In this document: positions 28,215 through 40,150 of the stretch, in pieces
Layout of the letters: the number at the start of each line of letters is the position of its first letter
How positions within the stretch are numbered: the first letter of the stretch is position 1
Assembly (NCBI GenBank): GCA_937871705.1
Contig: CALMOO010000657.1
Coordinates: forward strand, 2,278 to 66,277
Reading direction: 5' to 3'
DNA: 64,000 nucleotides
DNA from: an uncultured Hymenobacter sp.
GTDB lineage: Bacteria; Bacteroidota; Bacteroidia; Cytophagales; Hymenobacteraceae
Notes under the pieces: model-generated
Told to the model about the DNA's origin: nothing
What the model saw: the letters and a program-made list of their open reading frames with translations, nothing else
The model's database searches: none
Translations under genes and position numbers: made by a program

Positions 28215-29014
28215 AGCGTTACGGGTCGGGAGCCCGAACGTGAAGTAAACCGTGCTACGTCAGCGGGAGCCAATAGCGCCAAGCGCGGCAGCAACGCGCT
28301 GGCCTAGCTCTTAGGTGCTGCTGGCATTCACCGCGTTCTATTTAAAAGTGGCGGAAATACTCTTACCCCTATGAGCCAACGTTCGAGCTAGGAGATGTAG
28401 ACAATAATCGCTGCACGGTAGTGCCCTGAAAAGCCTTGCCCCGCCCGGTGCAATAGCCCCCTTTGTTCAGCTTGACGGCAATCTGCCATAGTCATTGCTT
28501 AGGGACTCCGTACATTCCTGAAGCCTGCTGCGCCGCCGGTTAGTCAATAGTTGTCTAGACCGCCTAAGGCAACGAAGCCGTTGCAAGGGGCTACCGAACC
28601 ATTCGCAGCCGCAGGTTAACCGCCGCAAGCAGTTAAGTCAAGCGCAGCGACGCTCGAAGACTCCGCGCCTGGGCTACAAGACCAAGCTGGGTTGCCCTTC
28701 AAGCTTATTAACTGCCTGTGGGGCGTTGCGGTACCCGGCAGTGCGCATGCTGCTTGCTGACGGTGCAGCTCGGTTCACCAGAGCCCCCTTGCCCCGTTCC
28801 GCCTATAAATTCCTGCACTTAGCGGTACCACTCGCCCACCGTCACGGAGCCACGAAGGCCCACTCTTGCACGTTCACACCTCCCCAAGTACGGGCGAATC
28901 GCTGCGGCACCCGTAGTTTACGACTTAGAAACGGGCCCCGGTACGCTGATTCATAAGCTCTCCCGTTGCTTACAAAAATATCAGCTTTCTACAACGGCTA
29001 GCAAGCAAAGCTTT

Positions 29015-29602
29015 ATGGACACGCAGTTGCTTCTCGCGCACATCCGGCAGTTCATTGAATTAACCGAAGAGGAGGTCGAATTTTTAGAAGGCGTACTCAT
29101 CGCCCGGCCTTTTAAACCTGGCGAACTCATTGTCCGCAGTGGCGAGCCGGCCCGCCACCTGGGCTTCGTCAATGCCGGCCACACCGTCACCTACTACACC
29201 GATCCCCAGGGCGACGACCACGTCATCCGCTTCGCGGCCCCCGGCTGGTGGACGGGCGATACCCACAGCCTAGGCCTGACGCCCGTAACCCCCTTTACCA
29301 CTAAAGGGCTGGGCGATGGCGAACTGCTGCTGCTGCCCCGGCTGGCGCACCAGCACCTTCTAGAGCGCTACCTCAAGTTTGAACGGTACTTCCGGCAACT
29401 GTTTCAGACGGCCCTCGTGCGGCAACAACTCCGCTTCGTGGAAAACCATTCCGTGCCGGCCGTTCAGCGGTACCTGAATTTTCAGGCCGCCTTTCCGGGC
29501 ATGGAGCCCTACCTGCCGCAAAAATACGTGGCCTCCTACCTGGGCATCACTCCCGAATTTTTAAGCAAAGTCCGCCGGGGCCTGGCGCTGCCCCCGCCTT
29601 AA
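29015..29602 (+). CDS. Crp/Fnr family transcriptional regulator
   Basis: cNMP-binding-like domain plus LPQKYVASYLGITPEFLSKVR. Confidence 0.92.
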   Translation: MDTQLLLAHIRQFIELTEEEVEFLEGVLIARPFKPGELIVRSGEPARHLGFVNAGHTVTYYTDPQGDDHVIRFAAPGWWTGDTHSLGLTPVTPFTTKGLGDGELLLLPRLAHQHLLERYLKFERYFRQLFQTALVRQQLRFVENHSVPAVQRYLNFQAAFPGMEPYLPQKYVASYLGITPEFLSKVRRGLALPPP

Positions 29603-29644
29603 CCTAGGTTATGTTTGGGCCCGCGCTTTCTTACGCTAGGTCTA
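29600..29644. promoter_or_regulatory. palindromic putative Crp/Fnr-family sites upstream of the yceI-like gene
   Basis: Perfect 12-bp palindrome TAACCTAGGTTA (29600-29611) overlapping the regulator stop codon, and a degenerate copy TTACGCTAGGTCTA (29631-29644). Confidence 0.55.
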
Positions 29645-29697
29645 TTTTGGGCTGACGGCCGGGCCGGACCTTTGCGGGGAACCAATCAGTACCTAAA

Positions 29698-30249
29698 ATG
29701 GACAATTCTACTACGTCGACATGGAAAATCGACCCCGGCCACTCCGCCGTGCAATTTAAAGTAAAGCACCTAGCCATTGCCAACATCGCCGGGGCTTTTA
29801 GCGCCTTTACCGGCATCGTGCAAACCGACCGGGACGATTTTGCAGAGGCGCAGGTGCACCTCGAAATTGAGGCCGCTAGCCTGGGCACGAACAACGAGAA
29901 GCGTGACGACCATCTCAAATCAGACGTTTTTTTTGATGTGCAGCAGTTTCCCACGCTGACCTTCGATGGCAGTTTGCATCGGACCATAGATAACTACGCG
30001 CTTACGGGACTGCTCACCCTGCGGGGTGTAACCCGACAAATGACGCTGCAGGCGGCCTTCACCGGCACCGGCAAAGGCCGGTGGGGCGATACTCGGGCCG
30101 GCTTTGAAGTGCGGGGCCGCCTGAATCGCACCGATTTCGGGCTGACGTGGAATATGCCGACGGAAGTCGGCGGCTTACTCATCGGCGAGGACATCCAACT
30201 GCAAATGGACATCGAGTTGATTAAAGAAGAAGTGGCGGCTACCCTTTAA
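29698..30249 (+). CDS. YceI family lipid/polyisoprenoid-binding protein
   Basis: WKIDPGHSAVQFKVKH, RDDHLKSDVFFDV, LTLRGVT and RTDFGLTWN. Confidence 0.93.
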   Translation: MDNSTTSTWKIDPGHSAVQFKVKHLAIANIAGAFSAFTGIVQTDRDDFAEAQVHLEIEAASLGTNNEKRDDHLKSDVFFDVQQFPTLTFDGSLHRTIDNYALTGLLTLRGVTRQMTLQAAFTGTGKGRWGDTRAGFEVRGRLNRTDFGLTWNMPTEVGGLLIGEDIQLQMDIELIKEEVAATL

Positions 30250-30496
30250 GTGGCCAGTTAGCAACAAACTGGCTGGTGCTGGGGCGATTTGGGCGGGCGG
30301 TGCACGCTCCCCATTCGGTGAACCAGTGGTTGGCAGAGGCCCATCCTGAAGATGCTCCTTTCTGGTTCCACCTATGCGCGGTAATAAACAGGGCACAGAT
30401 ACATTCCGTCAGCCAAATGCTTTTCGGCGGCCCGTTTAGCTTTTGGAACAGGTTTTAACCAAGGCCACCGGCACCCGGTCAATAGTGAGGTGGTCG

Positions 30497-30900
30497 GGTA
30501 AACCTGGACTTAATAGGGTCTATTCTTTCGAATGTCATGAAAGATATTCCCTAACCTTACTCAACGGCGGCATTACAACGACGCCTTCCGGGCCGAGGCC
30601 TTACGCCTCGCTGGCAAGAACCGCTCGACCCAGGCGGCCGCCCGCGCACTAAATACCAGTCCGAAGCTGCTGTATAAGTGGCAGAAAAAGGCTCTTAGCC
30701 CAGTGGCTGCTGCTCGCGGGGCGGAGTTGGACCCCGCCACGTCGGTTAAATTGCGTCAGTTGCGGGCCCTAGCGCGGCGGCAAGCGCAGAAACTGAGCAT
30801 TTAAAAAAAGTCATTGCCAGTTGCCTGCTCTAGGCGCAGGCTCTCAGTGACCGATAACCCAGGAGTCGCTACCGTTTTATCAAGGCGCATCGGTGCAACA
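30497..30900 (+). pseudogene. IS3-family element remnant (degenerate orfA and start of orfB)
   Basis: 30562-30801 translates as QRRHYNDAFRAEALRLAGKNRSTQAAARALNTSPKLLYKWQKK...LRQLRALARRQAQKLSI*KK (HTH_Tnp_1-like). A stop and frameshift follow ATG 30537; an A7G slippery site lies at 30803-30810. Confidence 0.75.
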
Positions 30901-30914
30901 CGTATCCACTTACT

Positions 30915-30970
30915 GCCTACCCACTCTTAAAGAAATGTTGTAAAGACTGTTTCTTTAAAAATGGGTAGGC
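30915..30970 (-). terminator. long imperfect hairpin just downstream of the SGNH/ricin gene
   Basis: GCCTACCCA..TTAAAGAAA ... TTTCTTTAA..TGGGTAGGC inverted repeat. Confidence 0.45.
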
Positions 30971-30979
30971 TACGGAGTC

Positions 30980-32611
30980 TTATTGCTTAAGTATTTTTAA
31001 TGCTTTGCTTTCCCCCTTTCCAATCCTGATGTAGTAACTGCCGGCTTTTAAACCGCTTACATTCACCTGAACAGCGCCGTCACTATCCGGTGATTTCAAG
31101 CGCAGCACGGTGCGACCCACTGCGTCAACCACCGTAAGCGTGGTCTTGGCCGGAATATTGGTCAGCGTTACCGTTTCGTTGGCTGGAGTGGGAAAAAGCA
31201 CTGTTTCCGAGGAATCTGACTTAGCGGCGGCCGTGCTGGCGCCTGGCTTAGCAGCGGCCGTGCTGGCTGCCCGTAGGGAGCCGGCCGCCGCCAACAGCCA
31301 CTGACCGTGGAGTTGGTTATTGTCATCGTACTGAAGGATGTCGTCACCGTCGTTCAGACCGCCGCCGCTTACCTCCACAATCCGGCCGCTATGGGCCGCT
31401 TTCAACTTATAGTACCCATTGTCAGCGGCCAGCAGAATGAATTTCTGGTTGTTGGCTCCCCCTATGGTGGTCCATTGCAGCACATTGGCGGTGTTGTTGA
31501 CATTGCCGCCTGCCACGTCCACCACTTTACCCGAGGCTACGTTGGTGACTTTATAGGCCCCGTCGCCCACGTCGGTCAGGGTGAACTGCTGGTTGGTGGC
31601 GCCGGTACCGCGCCATTGCAGAATGTCCGCGCCATCGGCCGTGCTGCCGCCCGCCACATCCATATACTTGCCGCTATTGCGGTTTTGCAGCGAGTAGGTG
31701 CCATTTTTACCTGTCACGCCGTTGGCGCGCACCCGGATGGATGTCGTTAGGTTATCCCACCCGCCCAAACAGGCGTTGTCACTGGTAAGTGTCAAGTAGT
31801 TGCCACCAAAGTTGTCCTCCACATAGGCAAACACCTTGTAGCCGGCCGGCACTTTTATGGAGGAGATGTCATCATTGGCAACCCCTAGGGCTTGCAGCGC
31901 AGCATACGAATAATCGCCCACCGTGAGCTTGACGCCGTAGCCGCCGTAGGAGCAATTCTGGTAAAACGCCGGTACTACGGGATTAATCGTGTTGAAGGCG
32001 GTTTCGGCCAGCAGCAAGGCGCCAGCAGCGTTAGGGTGCAAGTTGTCGTTATATAAAGTAGTCCGTTTATTCTGGGTGGGCGTGTTATAATCAATGATGG
32101 AAGCGCCCTTAGCCTTGGCAATCTGCGCGATGAGCGGGATTACCTCATTCTGCAAATTCGCTGGTTGCGGGGCGTCAGCATAGCAGGCTACCGGGTAGCA
32201 CAGAAAAATAGTGGGATTCCGGCCATTCTGCCGGAAGGCGTCAATCATGGCCGAGTAGTCGTTCACAAAATCAGCTTTGTACTGCCAGTTGTCCGGATGG
32301 GCATCGTTCGTCCCCAGCGATATGATAAGAATCTGCGGGTCGTAATTTTTGGCATCGGTGAACCGTGATGTGTTCCAGTAGGGCGAGGTGCCGCGCCGGA
32401 GCATAGTGCTGCCACTCACCCCGCAATTGAAGACAGTGTACTTGCTGCCCAGCATGACTCCTAGCCGGGCAGGCCAGGCTTCCTGGTCGGCATTTTGCAA
32501 CGTGTAGCCGGCGGTGACACTATTGCCAACGCACACCACTCGAGTTTGCGCCCGCGCTACTAGGCCGCAGCAAGCTAGCAGCAGCGGAAGAAAAAACTTG
32601 ATTTTTTTCAT
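30980..32611 (-). CDS. secreted SGNH/GDSL esterase with beta/gamma-crystallin-like, ricin-B (CBM13-like) and T9SS C-terminal domains
   Basis: GNSVTAG, GTNDA and DNLHPN catalytic blocks; FYQNCSYGG..NDDISSIKVPAG..DNFGG crystallin motif; QW..NQxF ricin repeats; LFPTPA..VSGLKAGSYYI T9SS tail. Confidence 0.88.
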   Translation of the reverse strand: MKKIKFFLPLLLACCGLVARAQTRVVCVGNSVTAGYTLQNADQEAWPARLGVMLGSKYTVFNCGVSGSTMLRRGTSPYWNTSRFTDAKNYDPQILIISLGTNDAHPDNWQYKADFVNDYSAMIDAFRQNGRNPTIFLCYPVACYADAPQPANLQNEVIPLIAQIAKAKGASIIDYNTPTQNKRTTLYNDNLHPNAAGALLLAETAFNTINPVVPAFYQNCSYGGYGVKLTVGDYSYAALQALGVANDDISSIKVPAGYKVFAYVEDNFGGNYLTLTSDNACLGGWDNLTTSIRVRANGVTGKNGTYSLQNRNSGKYMDVAGGSTADGADILQWRGTGATNQQFTLTDVGDGAYKVTNVASGKVVDVAGGNVNNTANVLQWTTIGGANNQKFILLAADNGYYKLKAAHSGRIVEVSGGGLNDGDDILQYDDNNQLHGQWLLAAAGSLRAASTAAAKPGASTAAAKSDSSETVLFPTPANETVTLTNIPAKTTLTVVDAVGRTVLRLKSPDSDGAVQVNVSGLKAGSYYIRIGKGESKALKILKQ

Positions 32612-32689
32612 TGTATAGTATTTTCTTTAGATGAATAGAATTTGAAATCAACTCTCAGTCAGTAGCTCATTCCAGAAGGGGCAGGGAAT

Positions 32690-32717
32690 AAAGCGCCGCC
32701 TTAGTTGGCGGCGCTTT
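32690..32717 (-). terminator. hairpin terminator/attenuator between GH76 and the SGNH gene
   Basis: AAAGCGCCGCC-TTAGTT-GGCGGCGCTTT, a perfect 11-bp stem. Confidence 0.7.
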
Positions 32718-32743
32718 CCATTTTACCTCGGGCTACTAACGAG

Positions 32744-34333
32744 CTAGCGCAGTTGCCAGCGCTGCTGGTCGCCGCCGCTCCAGCCCCAGAGCAGGAGCTT
32801 GGCGCCGTTGGTGGTGGTGGTGCCGTTGTCAAGCGAGCCGCCACCTGTTACCTGGCTCCAGATGCGGTAGGTACCGTCGGCCTGCGCCTCTACCCACCAG
32901 CGCTGGTTGGTGCCGCGACCTGCGGCCCATTGTACCGGCTGCGTGCCGTTGTCAATGTTGCTATTGGGCATGTCCAGCGCCTTCCAGCTCTGCTGGCTGA
33001 TGATGTTCCAGGACCCGTCCTCGTTCTGGGTTAAGTTCCATTTCTGGTTCTGGTTATTGCCCGCACCCCACTGCACGATGCCCGTGCCGTTGTCGGTCAG
33101 GCCCGCGTTGTCAATGGCCATATTGCCCAGCTTGCTCACGATGGCGTGCGTGCCGGCAATGTTGCCGGGCTTCGTGGCGGGGGTGTATTGCAGCCAAGCC
33201 ACCGCGCTGGCATACTGATTGGTTATCAGGTTGGTAGTGGGTGTTGGCTGGGCCCAGCCATTCCAGGTGATGTTCAGGTCGGGGCGGCGATTATTCCAGA
33301 TGGCCGTGGCGTTCTGCTGCATCCAGGGGTAGTAGGTATCCCACTGGTGGTTATCACGCACAAAGTGCCCCAGGCCCCGCGCAAACTCGTCGGCCCAAGT
33401 GTTTCTGCCAGGGTCGGTGTCACTAATGACGCCGCCGGTAGTTAGGTTGCTCCTAACGAAATCAATTGCCCGCTTGGCATCATTATAATACAGCACGTTA
33501 CCGGTAATTTGGTAAAGCAGGTTGGCGTACTCCACGAATCCTCCCTGGTTATACACGGCCCGGCTGGAGTCCTTCACATTGCTGCGGTCAATGCCAGTAT
33601 ACACCTGGCCCGTGTTGACGTCGTAAAGGTTCAGCTTCATCCAGTTATAGATTTGGGTGGCCCGGTCCAGGTACCATTGGTCGTGGTTGCTTTGGTAAAT
33701 CAGGCAGGCGGTGATGCCCAAAGTGTTGTTGGATAGGGATTCCTTGCTGATTTTTTGATTGGTCCGGCCGTCGGGCTGCTCCTCCCAGATGCCGCCCCCG
33801 TTGTACTGGGTGTCCCAGCCGCGGGCCCAGGCCATATCGAAGCCGTAGCGAGCCTGGGTCAGGAAGTTGGCCGTGCCCGTCATCTGGTAGCCGCGGGCCA
33901 GGGCTATTGAAAACCAGCCGATATCGTCGTTCCAGCCATCCCAGGCCCAGGGTGGTGGCAGCTTTTGCAGGAAGGTGGCACACAAGTTGTTGACCAGCGT
34001 TTTGTGCGTGGCGTTGCCTGTGCGCTCGTAGGCATCCTCCGCCACCATAATATCTAGCGCGGCCGCAAAGGTGTTGTCGGGATTGGTGTCATTGAGAGCA
34101 TGCTTGTAGTACGTTTGCCCACCGGAGTTCACCAGGAAAACGTTGTTGAAAGCGTTGAAGGCCGCATCGGCGTTGCCAGGGTCAACTGCGGCATTGGCCG
34201 GCACACCGCTGCTGGCTACTGCCGGTGCGCTGTCGGGGCTGAGCTCCGTCTTGGTACAGCCGGGTAGTAGGGCGCCAGCGACCAGCGCCAACGACGCACC
34301 TATTAGTTTTAACTGTTGCATCCTATTTCTCAT
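32744..34333 (-). CDS. glycoside hydrolase family 76 lipoprotein with C-terminal ricin-B domain
   Basis: Lipobox LLPGC, WNDDIGW catalytic Asp pair, GGGIW, YNQG and QW..NQxW ricin repeats. Confidence 0.88.
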   Translation of the reverse strand: MRNRMQQLKLIGASLALVAGALLPGCTKTELSPDSAPAVASSGVPANAAVDPGNADAAFNAFNNVFLVNSGGQTYYKHALNDTNPDNTFAAALDIMVAEDAYERTGNATHKTLVNNLCATFLQKLPPPWAWDGWNDDIGWFSIALARGYQMTGTANFLTQARYGFDMAWARGWDTQYNGGGIWEEQPDGRTNQKISKESLSNNTLGITACLIYQSNHDQWYLDRATQIYNWMKLNLYDVNTGQVYTGIDRSNVKDSSRAVYNQGGFVEYANLLYQITGNVLYYNDAKRAIDFVRSNLTTGGVISDTDPGRNTWADEFARGLGHFVRDNHQWDTYYPWMQQNATAIWNNRRPDLNITWNGWAQPTPTTNLITNQYASAVAWLQYTPATKPGNIAGTHAIVSKLGNMAIDNAGLTDNGTGIVQWGAGNNQNQKWNLTQNEDGSWNIISQQSWKALDMPNSNIDNGTQPVQWAAGRGTNQRWWVEAQADGTYRIWSQVTGGGSLDNGTTTTNGAKLLLWGWSGGDQQRWQLR

Positions 34334-34568
34334 GGGGTTGGGGTGGGATTAATGGTGAAAAGGAATGAAGAAAGCAGATTCAGCAAGCGAATAGTAAGGC
34401 GATAAATAAGTCAGGAAGGGCTAGCAGAGTGGTTGCGCGTATCCGGACTGGGAAGCTGCGCTAGGGGGTAGGTAAAGTTTGAAAAATGAAGTGAACCTTC
34501 ATGCTTATCTACTGCTTATCTACCGTCCGCCCGTCAAATCATGAGGTTCTTAGTGATTACCAACTGAT

Positions 34569-36779
34569 TCAGTTCGTAATGACCTCAATCCTGCCGCCGC
34601 TGCGGAATAGCGCGTATGGCACGAAATAACCCACATTGCTCGCCCCGTTTACCTTAATAGCGTTGAGATTGCGGCCAGCGGTTGGCTTCTTGACCGTCAG
34701 TGCCTTGCCGCCGTCCACTTGCCAGCGCACTTCGTCAAAGACCGGGACCGTGACGAGGTAGTGGGCATCGGCGGCCGAGAGAGGGTAGAGACCCGCGGCG
34801 CTGAACACGTACCAGGCCGACATCTCGCCCGCATCGTCCATGCCGGAGAAGCCGTAGCCGCTCGGGCCCATGCCGTAAAACTTGGCCATAATCTCGTCGA
34901 GCCGGCGCTGCGATTTTTCGGGCTTGCCCACGAAGTAGTAGGAGAAGGGTGTTTCGTGGTCGGGCTGGTTGCCGTGGCAGTACTGGCCAATAAACCCCGA
35001 CACGTTGCGGGCAATGTAGACCGGGTTCCAGGGCACCGTGAACAGGGAGTCCAGCTTCGCCTCGAAGGGCTGCGCGCCGCCATAGAGCGCCACCAGTCCG
35101 GGCATGTCGTGCGGGGCGAAGAAGGACACCTGCCAGGCGTTGGCCTCCCGATACATGTACTCGTAGTAGGGATATTGTGGATTGAAGTGTTGGACCCAGG
35201 TTCCGTCGGCCAGCCGGCCGCGCATGAACTTGGTGCCGGGGTCGAACACGTTGCGGTAATTCTTCGAGCGAGCCATTAGCACCCGGTAGTTAGCGGTATC
35301 CTTCAGGGCCTTGGCGAGCTGGGCCACGGCGTAGTCATCGTAAGCATATTCCAGGGTTTTCGACACGCCGGCACTGCCTTGCGTTTCTACCTCGGGGGCG
35401 GGCACCTCGGTAGTGGGCACGTAGCCTTTCTGCAGGTACTCCGTGAGGTAAGGGCGAGTACCACCGGCTTCATTGGCGTTGCGCAGCAACAGGCGGTACA
35501 CGTCACGCACGTCAAAATCGGTGAGGCCGCGCTGGTAGGCCCCGGCGATAAACGAGGCGGCATGGTCGCCGTGAAAGAAGGTAGGAATGAAGCCCGTTTT
35601 GTCACCGATGTCTTGTAGCGACTTAATCACGTCGGTCGTAACCCGAGGGGCTAGCATGCTCATCAACACGTCCTTATTGCGGTAGGTATCCCACAGAGAC
35701 GGAATGGTGTAGTAGTTGAAGCCGGCTTTGACGACGTTGCCCTTCACATCACGGTACTCGCCGTTTGTATCGCTGCGAAGGGCCGGCCACAAAAAGGAGC
35801 GGTAGAGACAGCTGTAAAACATTTCCTTCTGCCGGGCCGTGCCGCCCGCTACCTCCACCTTCGAGAGCAGGGCTTCCCAGGTGTTGGCGGCCTGTCGGCG
35901 CACCTGCTCGAAGGAGCGGCTGCCGACCTCCTGCGCTAGGTTCTGCCGCGCATTCTCCACGCTCACAAACGAGAGTCCGACCTTCAGTTCCACGGGTTTG
36001 CGACTGCCATCGCGGAGGCTCAGCACGGCCAGACCGTCTTTGGTACCGGGGCCGCGCACGTCCAGGGCTTGCATAGCTTCGCTGAGCGTGGCGTAGAAGT
36101 AGACAGTTTGCTGGCCGGTTTCCTGAAAGCCCTGCACGGCCGCGGCGCCGGCTTTCTTTAGTTGCCAGTTCGTCACCCGCTCGTTGGACTTGGCGAGCTT
36201 AAACACGATTTGGCGGCCGGCGAGCCGGTGGTAGCGGTACTGGTGAAAGCCGCAGCGCAGGGTAGAAGTCAGTTTCACGTCTACCTGATAGTCGGCCAGT
36301 GTAACGCCGTAGTAGCCAGGCGAGGCCGACTCGGTGGCGTGGGAAAAGCGCGAGTGATACCCGGCCCCCGCCGCTTCGGCCGCCCCCGGTACTTCACCCG
36401 AAACCGGCAAGATGGGCAAGTGGCACAGGTTCCAGTGCCCCTTGTTAGTGTGGGCAAAGCCGTAAATCACGGAGTCGGCGTAGTCGTAGCCGGCCCCGGT
36501 GCTAAACTCGGTGATGGGGCTCAGCTGCACCAGCGCGTTGGGCAACGTGCTGCCGGGAAACACCAGCCCCGCCCACGCCCCGCGCCAACTCTGGGGGGCT
36601 GCGTAGCCGATATCCTTCGGGTCGATCAGCGGCCCGGTGCCCATCAGTGGATTGGCGTAGCGCAGCAAGCTGGCTGGACCCCAGCCAGCGCGGCTAGCCT
36701 GCCCAGACGCGGCCGAGCTTGCGCAAGCCAGCACGCCCAGTGCCAGCAGCAAAAGCAGGCCGCTTTTTAATTTCAGCAT
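34569..36779 (-). CDS. glycoside hydrolase family 92 (exo-alpha-mannosidase)
   Basis: SLWDTYR, VSKTLEYAYDDY, EANAWQ, GQYCHGNQPDH and GMDDAGEMSAWYVFSA. Confidence 0.93.
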   Translation of the reverse strand: MLKLKSGLLLLLALGVLACASSAASGQASRAGWGPASLLRYANPLMGTGPLIDPKDIGYAAPQSWRGAWAGLVFPGSTLPNALVQLSPITEFSTGAGYDYADSVIYGFAHTNKGHWNLCHLPILPVSGEVPGAAEAAGAGYHSRFSHATESASPGYYGVTLADYQVDVKLTSTLRCGFHQYRYHRLAGRQIVFKLAKSNERVTNWQLKKAGAAAVQGFQETGQQTVYFYATLSEAMQALDVRGPGTKDGLAVLSLRDGSRKPVELKVGLSFVSVENARQNLAQEVGSRSFEQVRRQAANTWEALLSKVEVAGGTARQKEMFYSCLYRSFLWPALRSDTNGEYRDVKGNVVKAGFNYYTIPSLWDTYRNKDVLMSMLAPRVTTDVIKSLQDIGDKTGFIPTFFHGDHAASFIAGAYQRGLTDFDVRDVYRLLLRNANEAGGTRPYLTEYLQKGYVPTTEVPAPEVETQGSAGVSKTLEYAYDDYAVAQLAKALKDTANYRVLMARSKNYRNVFDPGTKFMRGRLADGTWVQHFNPQYPYYEYMYREANAWQVSFFAPHDMPGLVALYGGAQPFEAKLDSLFTVPWNPVYIARNVSGFIGQYCHGNQPDHETPFSYYFVGKPEKSQRRLDEIMAKFYGMGPSGYGFSGMDDAGEMSAWYVFSAAGLYPLSAADAHYLVTVPVFDEVRWQVDGGKALTVKKPTAGRNLNAIKVNGASNVGYFVPYALFRSGGRIEVITN

Positions 36780-36839
36780 GAAGTGGGTACGGAGTAGTTT
36801 ATAACGGTTAGGAAAAATTAGCTAGCTGGCTAGTTCTGG

Positions 36840-40097
<3,258 letters not shown>

Positions 40098-40150
40098 TCA
40101 ATGTAGGTTAGGTTCTCTTTCCTGAGTCGGCGCGGGCGAAACCTCACCCC

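Noticed and set aside
30276-30652. Small ORFs after yceI
   Set aside because: No motifs; the second overlaps the IS3 remnant in a different frame.
34502-34523. Tandem duplication TGCTTATCTAC x2
   Set aside because: Two copies only; probably replication slippage and not a CRISPR or iteron array.
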